Shown here: piece by piece, positions 1 through 8,951 of the stretch | How positions within the stretch are numbered: the stretch's first letter is position 1 | How the letters are laid out: every line of letters begins with the position of its first letter | NCBI GenBank assembly: GCA_016869375.1 | Contig: VGEH01000001.1 | Coordinates: forward strand, 18,669-82,668 | DNA from: Alphaproteobacteria bacterium | Lineage (GTDB): Bacteria > Pseudomonadota > Alphaproteobacteria > SHVZ01 | Direction: 5' to 3' | DNA length: 64,000 nt | Position numbers and translations under genes: made by a program | Notes under the pieces: generated by a model | The model's input: only the letters and a program-made list of their open reading frames with translations | Database searches by the model: none | What the model was told of the DNA's origin: nothing

Positions 1-704
1 ACCGTCAGAGCGACGGTCGGCTTCGAGGTCAGCGGATCCAGGCTGACATTGGCGACGGCGACCGCCGCATCGGCGGCGTTGTAGCGCCGCGACAGCGCAT
101 CGAGCTTGGCCTGGTCGCCGGCCATCGCCGACCTGGCGTCGAGATCGGCGATATCGCGGAGATCGCCCAGGGGCACGATGATCGGCATCAGCGTGTCGCG
201 CTGCCGGCGCTGGGTCCAGACCTCCCGCCAGGGATTGCGGTCCTCGAACAGCACCGTGCTGCCGCCGGCGACATAGACCGGGACCAGCAGGACCGGCCGT
301 GCCTTGATCTCGGTGAAGGCGATGCCGGAAGAGCTCAGCACGTCGCGGACCGTCGCCGGGTTGAAGCGGACGGTCAGGCTCGCGAGGTAGCGGACCGCTG
401 AGGTGCGCTCGTTTGTGACGTCGATCGAGCGGACGAGGGTGACGAGGGTCGCCTCGTCCAGCCGCGGCACGCGCGCATTGGCATCCGTCGCCAGCCGCTG
501 GATCAGGCGCTGGAAGGCCTGGCGCTGGCCCTCCAGCAGCGCCTTCTCGCGCGCCTGGGTGGCCGTCGCATCCGTGACGTCGACGGCGACGTCGGTAACG
601 GTGAAGACGTCGTCCTGGCCGGCGGCGGGCACCTGAGCGCTCGCCGGCGCGGCGAGCACGAGCGACGCCGCCACGATCAGACGGATAAGCCCGGCTCCCG
701 CCAT
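1..704 (-). CDS. DUF2066 domain-containing protein (N-terminal part; C-terminus runs off the window start)
   Basis: Minus-strand translation starts at the ATG complementary to 702-704: [43 protein letters not shown]... (signal peptide; continues with no stop to position 1). Divergent from purM, the usual position of the DUF2066 gene in alphaproteobacteria. Not in the ORF track because the ORF is truncated by the window edge. Confidence 0.6.
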   Translation of the reverse strand, partial: MAGAGLIRLIVAASLVLAAPASAQVPAAGQDDVFTVTDVAVDVTDATATQAREKALLEGQRQAFQRLIQRLATDANARVPRLDEATLVTLVRSIDVTNERTSAVRYLASLTVRFNPATVRDVLSSSGIAFTEIKARPVLLVPVYVAGGSTVLFEDRNPWREVWTQRRQRDTLMPIIVPLGDLRDIADLDARSAMAGDQAKLDALSRRYNAADAAVAVANVSLDPLTSKPTVALT

Positions 705-821
705 TGCAATGCGTCCGCGTTTCTCTATCTTCTGCGCCGCTTATACCGTGGCGAGCGCGAGGACACCATAACCGCCAGGACCTACAAGGATGCCGGCGTC
801 GATATCGACGCGGGCAACGCA

Positions 822-1826
822 TTGGTCGAGGCGATCAAGCCCTTGACCCGCGCCACCCGCCGGCCCGGCGCCGACGGCGAGATCGGCGGCTTCGGTGCCG
901 CATTCGACCTCCGCGCCGCCGGATACCGCGACGCCATCCTGGTCGCCTCGACCGACGGCGTCGGCACCAAGGTCAAGATCGCCATCGACGCGCACCGGCC
1001 GGATACTGTCGGTATCGACCTCGTCGCCATGTGCGTCAATGACCTGGTCGTCCAGGGCGCCGAGCCGCTGTTCTTCCTGGACTACTACGCGACCGGGAAG
1101 CTCGAGGTGGACGTCGCCCGCCGGGTCGTCGCCGGTATCGCCGAGGGCTGCCGGCGTGCCGGCTGCGCCCTGATCGGCGGCGAGACCGCGGAGATGCCGG
1201 GCCTCTACGCCAAGGGCGACTACGACCTCGCCGGATTCGCCGTCGGCGCCGTCGAGCGCGACCAGATGATCACCGGCGAGACCGTCGCCCCGGGCGACGT
1301 CATCCTCGGCCTCGCCTCCTCGGGCGTCCATTCCAACGGCTTCTCCCTGGTCCGGCGCGTCGTCGCCGATCGCGGCATGAACTGGGACCAGCCGGCGCCC
1401 TTCGACCAGCAGCGCTCGCTCGGCGAGGCGCTGCTGACGCCGACCAAGATCTACGTCAAGTCGACGCTGGCCGCGATCAAGGGCGGCGGCGTCAAGGCAT
1501 TGGCGCACATCACCGGGGGCGGCCTCATCGAGAACCCGCCGCGCGTCTATCCGAAGACCGTCGCGGCCGAACTCGACGGCACCGCCTGGCAGATGCCGCC
1601 GGTGTTCCGCTGGCTCAAGCGCGAAGGTGGCCTCGACGCCTCCGACATGCCGCGGACCTTCAACTGCGGCCTCGGCATGCTGGTCATCGTCGATCCGGGG
1701 AGCGCCAAGGCGGCCAAGGCGGCGCTCGAGGCCGCAGGCGAGACCGTCTTCGAGGTCGGGCGCATGACGGCGCGGCAGGGCGAGGCGGTGACGATCGCCA
1801 ATCTGGAGCGTGCATGGCGCGACTGA
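822..1826 (+). CDS. purM: phosphoribosylformylglycinamidine cyclo-ligase (AIR synthetase)
   Basis: 334-aa ORF with strong PurM similarity ([50 protein letters not shown]..). The conserved N-terminal motif [14 protein letters not shown] is encoded in-frame upstream (783-821) of the first canonical start (TTG 822), so the true start is upstream and non-canonical (see finding). Confidence 0.9.
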   Translation: MVEAIKPLTRATRRPGADGEIGGFGAAFDLRAAGYRDAILVASTDGVGTKVKIAIDAHRPDTVGIDLVAMCVNDLVVQGAEPLFFLDYYATGKLEVDVARRVVAGIAEGCRRAGCALIGGETAEMPGLYAKGDYDLAGFAVGAVERDQMITGETVAPGDVILGLASSGVHSNGFSLVRRVVADRGMNWDQPAPFDQQRSLGEALLTPTKIYVKSTLAAIKGGGVKALAHITGGGLIENPPRVYPKTVAAELDGTAWQMPPVFRWLKREGGLDASDMPRTFNCGLGMLVIVDPGSAKAAKAALEAAGETVFEVGRMTARQGEAVTIANLERAWRD

Positions 1827-2464
1827 GGCTGGGCGTGATGATCTCCGGGCGCGGCAGCAACCTGCAGGCCCTGATCGACGCCTGCCAGGGTCTCGCCTTT
1901 CCCGCCGAAATCGCCTGTGTCATCTCCAATGTCCGGGGCGTCCAGGGCATCGAGCGCGCCAAGGCAGCCGGACTTCCAGCCGTCGTTGTCCCGCACAAGG
2001 GCTATCCGGATCGCGAGAGCTTCGAGAAGGATCTGACGCGGGTGCTCTACGCCCATGGCGCCGATCTCGTCTGCAATGCCGGCTTCATGCGGATCCTGAC
2101 GCCCTCCTTCTTCGAGGAGTGGCCGGACCGCGTGATCAACATCCACCCCTCGCTGCTGCCGGCCTTTCCGGGCCTGAAGACGCATGAGCGGGTGCTCGCC
2201 GCCGGATGCCGCTTCACCGGCTGTACGGTGCATTTCTCGCGGCCCGAGGTCGATGCCGGGCCGATCATCGTCCAGGCCGTTGTGCCGGTCCGCCCCAACG
2301 ACACGCCCGACACGCTGGGCGAGCGGGTGCTGGCCGAGGAGCACCGGATCTATCCGCTCGCCGTGCGCTGGCTGGCCGAGGGCCGGGTCCATCTCGACGG
2401 CGACAAGGCGGTGGTTTCGGAGAGCGCGGTCCCCGAAGGCGCGCTGATCAATCCGGCCGGCTAG
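1814..2464 (+). CDS. purN: phosphoribosylglycinamide formyltransferase
   Basis: 216 aa with PurN motifs ([29 protein letters not shown]). Overlaps the purM 3' end by 13 nt (translational coupling). Confidence 0.9.
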   Translation: MARLRLGVMISGRGSNLQALIDACQGLAFPAEIACVISNVRGVQGIERAKAAGLPAVVVPHKGYPDRESFEKDLTRVLYAHGADLVCNAGFMRILTPSFFEEWPDRVINIHPSLLPAFPGLKTHERVLAAGCRFTGCTVHFSRPEVDAGPIIVQAVVPVRPNDTPDTLGERVLAEEHRIYPLAVRWLAEGRVHLDGDKAVVSESAVPEGALINPAG

Positions 2465-2523
2465 AAAAACCGCCGAAGCTGGGCTATACGCGTTTCGTCG
2501 GCATCGGGAGGGAGAATTCAGCC

Positions 2524-2646
2524 ATGGCCGTCGACAGCGATCTCAAGCACCACCAGGAAACCTGGCACCTGTTCATCAAAGGCTCGACCTGGATCGGCGG
2601 CGTGACCGTCGCGATCCTGGTCCTGCTGGCGATCTTCGTCGTCTGA
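2524..2646 (+). CDS. small membrane protein, aa3-type cytochrome c oxidase subunit IV-like (40 aa)
   Basis: ATG at 2524 preceded by gggagggag. The product MAVDSDLKHHQETWHLFIKGSTWIGGVTVAILVLLAIFVV has one C-terminal TM helix and an FIKGSTW-type motif reminiscent of the bacterial aa3 oxidase subunit IV / DUF family. High GC3. Confidence 0.45.
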   Translation: MAVDSDLKHHQETWHLFIKGSTWIGGVTVAILVLLAIFVV

Positions 2647-2655
2647 CGACGGCAC

Positions 2656-2690
2656 CCGCCCGCGCTCGACCGAGACGCGGGCGGGTTCGA
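2656..2690. terminator. GC-rich hairpin between convergent genes (putative bidirectional terminator)
   Basis: cccgcccgcg-ctcgaccgaga-cgcgggcggg (10-bp perfect stem) followed by tt. Lies between the + strand small ORF and the - strand ndk. Confidence 0.45.
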
Positions 2691-2707
2691 GCCTTGGAGG
2701 TCGGCCC

Positions 2708-3130
2708 CTAGCCGACGATCTCGGTCTCAGCGAAAAAGTAGGCGATCTCGATCTTCGCGTTCTCGAGCGAGTCCGAGCCATGCACGGAATTCGCCTCGAT
2801 CGACTCCGCGAACTGCTTGCGGATGGTGCCCTCGGCGGCGTTCGCCGGGTTGGTCGCGCCCATGACCTCGCGGTTCTTGGCGACGGCATTCTCGCCCTCA
2901 AGGACCTGGACCACGACGGGGCCGGAGGTCATGAATTTGCAGAGGTCGCCGAAGAACGGCCGTGCCTTGTGGACGGCATAGAAGCCCTCGGCCTGGGCCT
3001 GGGTCAGGCGGACGCGCTTCTGCGCGACGATGCGGAGGCCGGCGCCTTCCAGCACCGCATTGACCTTGCCGGTGAGGTTCCGGCGCGTCGCATCCGGCTT
3101 GATGATCGAAAAGGTACGCTCGAGCGCCAT
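2708..3130 (-). CDS. ndk: nucleoside diphosphate kinase
   Basis: 140 aa: [28 protein letters not shown]...[20 protein letters not shown], canonical NDK. Confidence 0.95.
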   Translation of the reverse strand: MALERTFSIIKPDATRRNLTGKVNAVLEGAGLRIVAQKRVRLTQAQAEGFYAVHKARPFFGDLCKFMTSGPVVVQVLEGENAVAKNREVMGATNPANAAEGTIRKQFAESIEANSVHGSDSLENAKIEIAYFFAETEIVG

Positions 3131-3227
3131 CGCTGAACTCCTGGCTACGTCTTATGGGTTGTTCGAAAGTCGCAGGCTTATAGCGGCGGGTCTTTCGCAC
3201 CGCAACCGCGGCCGCTACCCTTCCGCC

Positions 3228-4037
3228 ATGAGCGGCGGCGACTACGTTCACGGCTATTCCGAGCGCGAGCACCAGCGGCTGCTCGACCAGGCCGGCAGCC
3301 TGGTCGAGCTCCTGCACGCCGACACCGCCTTCCCGGCCGGCAGCGAGGTGCTGGAGGCGGGCTGCGGCGTCGGCGCGCAGACCGTGACCATCGCCGCCCA
3401 AAGCCCCGGCGCCCGCTTTCTCTCGATCGACATCTCGCCCGCCTCGCTCGCCGCGGCCAGGGAGCGTGTGACCAAGGCGGGCCTCGTCAACGTCACCTTC
3501 CAGCAGGCCGACATCTTCGACCTGCCTTTCCCGCCGACGCGCTTCGACCATGTCTTCGTCTGCTTCGTGCTCGAGCATCTGAAGGATCCGGCTGGCGCGC
3601 TCCTCCGGCTCAAGACCATGCTGAAGCCGGGTGGCAGCATCACCGTGATCGAAGGCGATCATGGCTCGACCTACTTCCATCCCGACAACGAGGATGCGCG
3701 GCGCGCAGTCCAATGCCTGGTCGAGGTGCAGGCGCGAATGGGCGGCAACTCGCTCATCGGCCGCGAGCTCTATCCGCACCTCGTGCAGGCGGGCTTCGGC
3801 CAAGTCTCGGTGTCGCCGCGCATGGTCTATGTCGACGGCAGCAAGCCGGCGTTGATCGAGGGCTTCACACGCAACACCTTCACCACAATGGTCGAGGGCG
3901 TGCGCGAACCGGCTCTCGCTGCCGGATTGATGGACGCGGCGTCCTGGCAGCGCGGCATCGACGGCCTCAACCGTTCGGCCACCGAGGACGGCGTGTTCTG
4001 CTACACCTTCTTCAAGGCGCGCGGCATCGCGCCATGA
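3228..4037 (+). CDS. class I SAM-dependent methyltransferase
   Basis: Start taken at ATG 3228 (MSGGDYVHGYSEREHQRLLDQ..) because the longer ORF would overlap ndk. Has the motif I sequence LEAGCGVGAQ and the DIFDLPFPPTRFDHVFVCFVLEHL region. Confidence 0.8.
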   Translation: MSGGDYVHGYSEREHQRLLDQAGSLVELLHADTAFPAGSEVLEAGCGVGAQTVTIAAQSPGARFLSIDISPASLAAARERVTKAGLVNVTFQQADIFDLPFPPTRFDHVFVCFVLEHLKDPAGALLRLKTMLKPGGSITVIEGDHGSTYFHPDNEDARRAVQCLVEVQARMGGNSLIGRELYPHLVQAGFGQVSVSPRMVYVDGSKPALIEGFTRNTFTTMVEGVREPALAAGLMDAASWQRGIDGLNRSATEDGVFCYTFFKARGIAP

Positions 4038-4276
4038 AGCACGCGAAGAGCAACGCGCTGGATCAACTGGAGCCGCTGCTCGCGGCGATCCGCGACATCG
4101 CCGCCTTCAAGGAGAAGACGCGCGGCGTCTTCTATCTGAAGTCCCGCGCGGCCCTGCATTTCCACGAGGATCCGAAGGGCCTCTTCGCCGACTACCGCAC
4201 GACCGGCGATTGGCAGCGCTTTCCGGTGAATACGAAAGCCGAGCGGGCGGCGCTGCTGAAGGCCCTTCGCCCATAG
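4034..4276 (+). CDS. hypothetical protein (80 aa), translationally coupled to the methyltransferase
   Basis: ATGA start/stop overlap at 4034-4037: MKHAKSNALDQLEPLLAAIRDIAAFKEKTRGVFYLKSRAALHFHEDPKGLFADYRTTGDWQRFPV... No family recognised. Confidence 0.45.
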   Translation: MKHAKSNALDQLEPLLAAIRDIAAFKEKTRGVFYLKSRAALHFHEDPKGLFADYRTTGDWQRFPVNTKAERAALLKALRP

Positions 4277-4277
4277 A

Positions 4278-6050
4278 TCAAGACCGGCGCTCGCCGGTCG
4301 CGGCATGCTTCGCCAGCGCATCGCCGAGCGCGGCCGGACGGATCGGCTTCGCCAGGTAGTCGTCGAAGCCGGCGGCCATCGCCGACTGCCGGTCTTCCTC
4401 GAAGACATTCCCGGTGAGCGCGATGATCGGCGTGGCGCGATTGGGGCCTGGCTGAGCGCGGATCTGACGGGTCGCCTCCAGCCCGTCCATGTCCGGCATC
4501 TGGATGTCCATCAGGATAGCGTCGAACGGCCGGGCCCGGGCCATCTCGACCGCAGCCCGACCACCCCCGGCAAGCTCGACGTCGAAGCCGAGGCCGCCGA
4601 CCAGCCGGGCAATCAGCTGACGGTTCACGTCGTTGTCCTCCACCAGAAGGACGCATGCGCGTCGTTCGGGCGGCGACGGTGACTCCGCCTCGATCGCGGC
4701 AGCGGCTCTCGCCCCTGTCGCCGGCAGCCGGGCAGTAAACCAGAACGTGGTTCCGCTGCCGACCTCGCTCTGGAAGTCGATATGGCCGTCCATCGCGTCC
4801 ACGAGCTGCTTGCAGATCGCAAGGCCAAGCCCGGCGCCGCCGAATCGCCGGGTGATGGTCTGGTCGGCCTGGGTGAATTTCTCGAACACGCGCGAGCGCA
4901 GCTGCTCGGACATGCCGATGCCCGTGTCCGCGACCGAGAATTTCAGCAGCCCTGTCTCCGTCGAAGGTGCAACGGAAATCCGAATGCTGCCCCGGTCGGT
5001 GAACTTGATCGCATTGGTCAGCAGGTTGAGGAGGACCTGGCGCAGCCTCGTCGGATCGCCCAGGCGCCAGCCGCCGGCATCGTCGCCGATGTCGAGTTGC
5101 ATCGACAGCCCCTTGGCCTTTGCGCGTGGCTCGGCCGTGGCGAAGGCGCCGCGCAGCATCTCCGAGAGGTCGAACGGGATCCTCTCGAGGACGATCTGCC
5201 CGGCTTCGAGCTTCGAGAGATCCAGGATATCGCCGAGCAGCTCGGTCAACTGTAGAGACGAGGCAAGCGCCTGATCGACGAGCTGCCTCTGCTCGGCGGT
5301 CAGAGACGTCGCGGCGAGAAGATCGACGCCGCTGATGACCGAGGCGAGCGGCGTCCTGAGCTCGTGGCTCATGACGGCAAGGAACTCGGACTTGGCCTGG
5401 TTCGCGATCTCGGCGCGGCGGCGCGCTGCCCGGGACTCGGCGAACCATCGGAACACCACGAGCGACGAGGTCAGCAGCGTCAGCAGCAGCATGATCGCGA
5501 AGGCGCCGACCGCCGCATAGTCGAGGTCGCTGTAGAAAAGGAAGAACAGCGCGACCGGGACGAGAACCCCGCCCACGAACCCGGCAGCCGCGAGCGGGAG
5601 CACCGCCAGCGTCGCCGCGCCGCCGGCGGCGACGCCGGCAAACATGACGCACAAGGTCAGGGTCTCGGCCGGTCCCGCGCCGGGTACGAAGACGAGCGCG
5701 CTGCTCCAGAGCAGGCCGCCGAGAGTCGCCCAGAGGACGGGCTTGCGCCAGCTCCCGGCCCGCACGGTCGGCGGCAGCACGCGCCCGCGGAATCTGATCC
5801 AGCGCCGGAGCTGGAACATCGAGAATCCGCAGGCCAGCCCGGCCCAGAGAAGGATCAGCGGGCGGTTGCCCTCGGGCCACAGCACGATGCTGATGATCAG
5901 CGCATTGACGATGCTCGCAAGCGCATTGATCGGCGTCGTCTGCGCCAGGACGGCGAGCTGGTCGCGCCTCAACGCCTCGGGATAGAAGGTCTCTCGCCAG
6001 CCTGCGACCAACGCCTCGAGCCTAGGCCGCACCGGTCGATCCCGCGTCAC
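4278..6050 (-). CDS. hybrid sensor histidine kinase/response regulator with multi-TM N-terminus
   Basis: 590 aa. Hydrophobic N-terminal sensor region, H-box SHELRTPL, N/G boxes (LLNLLTNAIKFT, DTGIGM, GGAGLGLAI), and a C-terminal receiver (LLVEDNDVNRQL ... DAILMDIQMPDMDG ... KP). Confidence 0.85.
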   Translation of the reverse strand: MTRDRPVRPRLEALVAGWRETFYPEALRRDQLAVLAQTTPINALASIVNALIISIVLWPEGNRPLILLWAGLACGFSMFQLRRWIRFRGRVLPPTVRAGSWRKPVLWATLGGLLWSSALVFVPGAGPAETLTLCVMFAGVAAGGAATLAVLPLAAAGFVGGVLVPVALFFLFYSDLDYAAVGAFAIMLLLTLLTSSLVVFRWFAESRAARRRAEIANQAKSEFLAVMSHELRTPLASVISGVDLLAATSLTAEQRQLVDQALASSLQLTELLGDILDLSKLEAGQIVLERIPFDLSEMLRGAFATAEPRAKAKGLSMQLDIGDDAGGWRLGDPTRLRQVLLNLLTNAIKFTDRGSIRISVAPSTETGLLKFSVADTGIGMSEQLRSRVFEKFTQADQTITRRFGGAGLGLAICKQLVDAMDGHIDFQSEVGSGTTFWFTARLPATGARAAAAIEAESPSPPERRACVLLVEDNDVNRQLIARLVGGLGFDVELAGGGRAAVEMARARPFDAILMDIQMPDMDGLEATRQIRAQPGPNRATPIIALTGNVFEEDRQSAMAAGFDDYLAKPIRPAALGDALAKHAATGERRS

Positions 6051-6133
6051 GCGAATACATGCCGTTCAACTGCCCCAGCCTTCTCGGAATCGTCAACATT
6101 CGACGAGGTTAACAAGCTGTCGAGACCCGGTTC

Positions 6134-6880
6134 TCACGCAGCGTTGAAGACGGGGAAGAGCGCCCGGATCGTGCCGACAATGCCGGTGAACACGAGCAGC
6201 CACAGAACGACCTGCCGGAATCGCTCGGGCGAGGTGCCGCGAAAGGCGCGTTCGCCGACGAAGACGCCGGCGAGCAGGAACGGGATCAGCAGGAGCGCCA
6301 TCGTCGCCGTCTCGTGCCGGACGATCCCGCCATACCAGGCGAATAGGAGCGCGGCCGCATCGGTGACAAAGAAGAAGGCGATCAGGGTCGAACGTCCGAC
6401 GGAGAGCGAGTCCGCGCGCGTGAGGTAGAGAAAGACCAGCGGCGGGCCGGAAAGCCCGGCAACGCCATTCATCATCCCTGCTAAAGCTCCGGTCGCGACA
6501 ATGGTCCCCTTCCCCGGCGCACCGGTCAGGCGAAAGCCGACCAGGAACAGGATCGCGACCGCGATCACCGCGACCGAGAGCCCGAGGCGCAACGCCGTCG
6601 GCGAGGCGACGCCGAGCATCCAGGTGCCGACCGGCGTGGTCAGGATCGCGACCGGCATCAGGAGCTTGAGCCCGCGCCAGTCGATATGCTGCCAGAGGCC
6701 GGGAAGCTGCTTCAGCGCCACCGTCACGCCGAAGATCAGGACGATGATCACCGCGTCTTGTGGCACGAGCACGAGCGAGAGCAGCGGGACAATCATCAGC
6801 CCCATCCCGAAGCCGGAATAGCCCCTGACCACGGCGCAGACCGAAGTCACGGCGACGGCGAAGGCGAAGGTCCAGTCCAT
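6134..6880 (-). CDS. sulfite exporter TauE/SafE family membrane protein
   Basis: 248 aa, 7-8 TM segments, and the duplicated motif characteristic of TauE/SafE (GFGMGLMIVPLL ... GLSGPPLVFLYL). Confidence 0.8.
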   Translation of the reverse strand: MDWTFAFAVAVTSVCAVVRGYSGFGMGLMIVPLLSLVLVPQDAVIIVLIFGVTVALKQLPGLWQHIDWRGLKLLMPVAILTTPVGTWMLGVASPTALRLGLSVAVIAVAILFLVGFRLTGAPGKGTIVATGALAGMMNGVAGLSGPPLVFLYLTRADSLSVGRSTLIAFFFVTDAAALLFAWYGGIVRHETATMALLLIPFLLAGVFVGERAFRGTSPERFRQVVLWLLVFTGIVGTIRALFPVFNAA

Positions 6881-6899
6881 CGACGGAGAACGGAGCGCC

Positions 6900-7349
6900 T
6901 TAGGCGCCCTTCTCCCAGCTTCCGGCGTCGTTCTGCTTCCAGTAGGTGACGGTGTGGCCGGCCGCCTTGTAGGCGGTCCAATGCGCGCGGGCGCGATCGA
7001 CCTGCGCCGGATCGCGACCGTCGAAGATCTCGAAGCAGCGCTCGTAGTCGCCGAGCTTCGCCGTCTCCTGCCCGTCGACCAGCATCACGAACTGCGCGCC
7101 GTTCGGATTCTCGTCATCGGCGGTGAGCCAGACCGGCTGGTGCCCCGCCTGGCCGTCCTTGGCCGTGCCGTGCGGCAGAAAGGAATTGGGGTCGAAAGTC
7201 CAGAGCTGGCCTGAGAGCGATTCCACGCGCTCGGACGATCCGGCGATGACGACCGCGCGCTTCTGCAATGAGAGCGCGCGGTCGAGCAGCCTTGCGAGCG
7301 CCCAGTCAAGCGATCGCGTCGTCAGGTGATAGAAGCCGATTTCGGTCAC
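6900..7349 (-). CDS. holC: DNA polymerase III subunit chi
   Basis: GTG start overlapping the pepA stop (GTGA). Product VTEIGFYHLTTRSLDWALARLLDRALSLQKRAVVIAGSSERVESLSGQLWTFDP...PHG.. is typical HolC. The longer in-frame ORF (to 7610) lies inside pepA and is rejected. Confidence 0.8.
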   Translation of the reverse strand: MTEIGFYHLTTRSLDWALARLLDRALSLQKRAVVIAGSSERVESLSGQLWTFDPNSFLPHGTAKDGQAGHQPVWLTADDENPNGAQFVMLVDGQETAKLGDYERCFEIFDGRDPAQVDRARAHWTAYKAAGHTVTYWKQNDAGSWEKGA

Positions 7350-8836
7350 TTCGGCTCGTAGTAGGCCTTCACCAGGTGGTCGAGCAGGCGCACGCCGTAA
7401 GCGGTCGCGCCCTTCGGCGTCACCGCATTGCCTTTGGCCGACCATGCCATGCCGGCGATGTCGAGATGCGCCCAGGGCACGTCGTTGGTGAAGCGCTTCA
7501 TGAACATCGCCGCCTTGCACGAACCGCCGTCGCGCGAGCCCGAGTTCTTCATGTCGGCGATGTCGGAATCCATGCCGCGGTCGTAGCTCTCGGCGAGCGG
7601 CATGCGCCACACGCCCTCGCCCGTCGCCTTGCCCGAAGCGACCAGGCGGTCGGCGAGCTCGTCGTCGGTGACGAAGGCGCCGGCGAATTCATGGCCGAGC
7701 GCGATGATGATGGCGCCGGTGAGCGTCGCGAGGTCGATCATGAAGCGCGGCTTGAAGCGGTCCTGGCAGTACCAGAGCGCATCCGCGAGCACGAGCCGGC
7801 CTTCGGCGTCGGTGTTGTTCACCTCGATGGTTTGGCCGGACATGCTCTTGACCACATCCCCCGGACGCTGGGCGTTGCCGTCCGGCATGTTCTCGACCAG
7901 GCCGACGATGCCGACGACATTCGCCTTGGCCTTGCGGCCGGCGAGGGCGCGCATGAGGCCGATCACGGCGGCGGAGCCGCCCATGTCCCACTTCATGTCC
8001 TCCATGCCCGCGGCGGGCTTCAGCGAGATCCCGCCGGTGTCGAAGGTGACGCCCTTGCCGAGGAAGGCGAGCGGCTTGTCCTTCGACTTGGGATCGCCCT
8101 GCCACTGCATGACGACGAGCTGGCTCTCCTGGGTGCTACCCCGGCCGACGCCAAGCAGTGCGCCCATGCCCAGCTTGGTCATTTCCTTGACGCCGAGGAT
8201 CTCGACCTTGACGCCGAGCGCGCTGAGCGTCTTGCACTGGGCGGCGAGGCTTTTCGGAAAGAGCACATTGCCCGGCTCGGAAACGAGGTCGCGGGCGAAG
8301 AACACCGCGTCGCCGACCTGCTCGAGCTCGCCATAGGCGCGCTGCGCCGTGCGGCTCGCCTCGACATGGATGGCGAGGCGCTGCAGCGTCGGCTTGTCTT
8401 CCGCCTTCTCCTTGGTGCGGTACTTGTCGAAACGGTAGGAACGGAGCTTGGCGCCGAGCGCGAAATGCGCTGCCGCGTTGCCGCCTTCCTCGCCCGGAAG
8501 GTCGAAGGCGACCGCGGCCTCGGCGACGCCTGAATTCGCGAGCTCACCGACCAGCGCGCCGCCCATCGCCTCGATGTCGACGGGCTTCATCTCGCCCTTC
8601 GCCTTGCCGAGACCGATCAGGACGATGCGACTCGCCTCGATGCCGGCTGGCGCCAGGATCGAGAGGATCTGCTTCGCCTTGCCGGAGAAACGGCTGCCGG
8701 ACATCGCGCGGGTGATCGCGCCCTTGGTCTTGCGGTCGAGCTCGCTGGCGCTCGCGCTCAGCTTCTTGCCCTCAGAAACGCCAACGACGAGCGCGCCTTT
8801 CGCCGAGAGTCCCGGCTTGGCGAACGAGATTTTCAT
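7346..8836 (-). CDS. pepA: leucyl aminopeptidase
   Basis: Start at ATG 8836 (MKISFAKPG..) with a GGAGG RBS. Has the M17 peptidase signature NTDAEGRLVLADAL and VGLVENMP. Confidence 0.9.
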   Translation of the reverse strand: MKISFAKPGLSAKGALVVGVSEGKKLSASASELDRKTKGAITRAMSGSRFSGKAKQILSILAPAGIEASRIVLIGLGKAKGEMKPVDIEAMGGALVGELANSGVAEAAVAFDLPGEEGGNAAAHFALGAKLRSYRFDKYRTKEKAEDKPTLQRLAIHVEASRTAQRAYGELEQVGDAVFFARDLVSEPGNVLFPKSLAAQCKTLSALGVKVEILGVKEMTKLGMGALLGVGRGSTQESQLVVMQWQGDPKSKDKPLAFLGKGVTFDTGGISLKPAAGMEDMKWDMGGSAAVIGLMRALAGRKAKANVVGIVGLVENMPDGNAQRPGDVVKSMSGQTIEVNNTDAEGRLVLADALWYCQDRFKPRFMIDLATLTGAIIIALGHEFAGAFVTDDELADRLVASGKATGEGVWRMPLAESYDRGMDSDIADMKNSGSRDGGSCKAAMFMKRFTNDVPWAHLDIAGMAWSAKGNAVTPKGATAYGVRLLDHLVKAYYEPK

Positions 8837-8951
8837 GAGAGATCCCCTCCGGTGTCGCAGTGCCATTAGCCCTCGGCCGTTTCGGCTGTCAATGGCACCG
8901 GCGCCCGTGGCAAATTAGGCCCAACCTCTTCAACCTCGCGGCGGATCATCG

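Noticed and set aside
4192-5880. 562-aa alternative-frame ORF overlapping the histidine kinase gene on the same strand
   Set aside because: Arg/Pro-rich nonsense translation. The 4278..6050 frame carries all HK/REC motifs.
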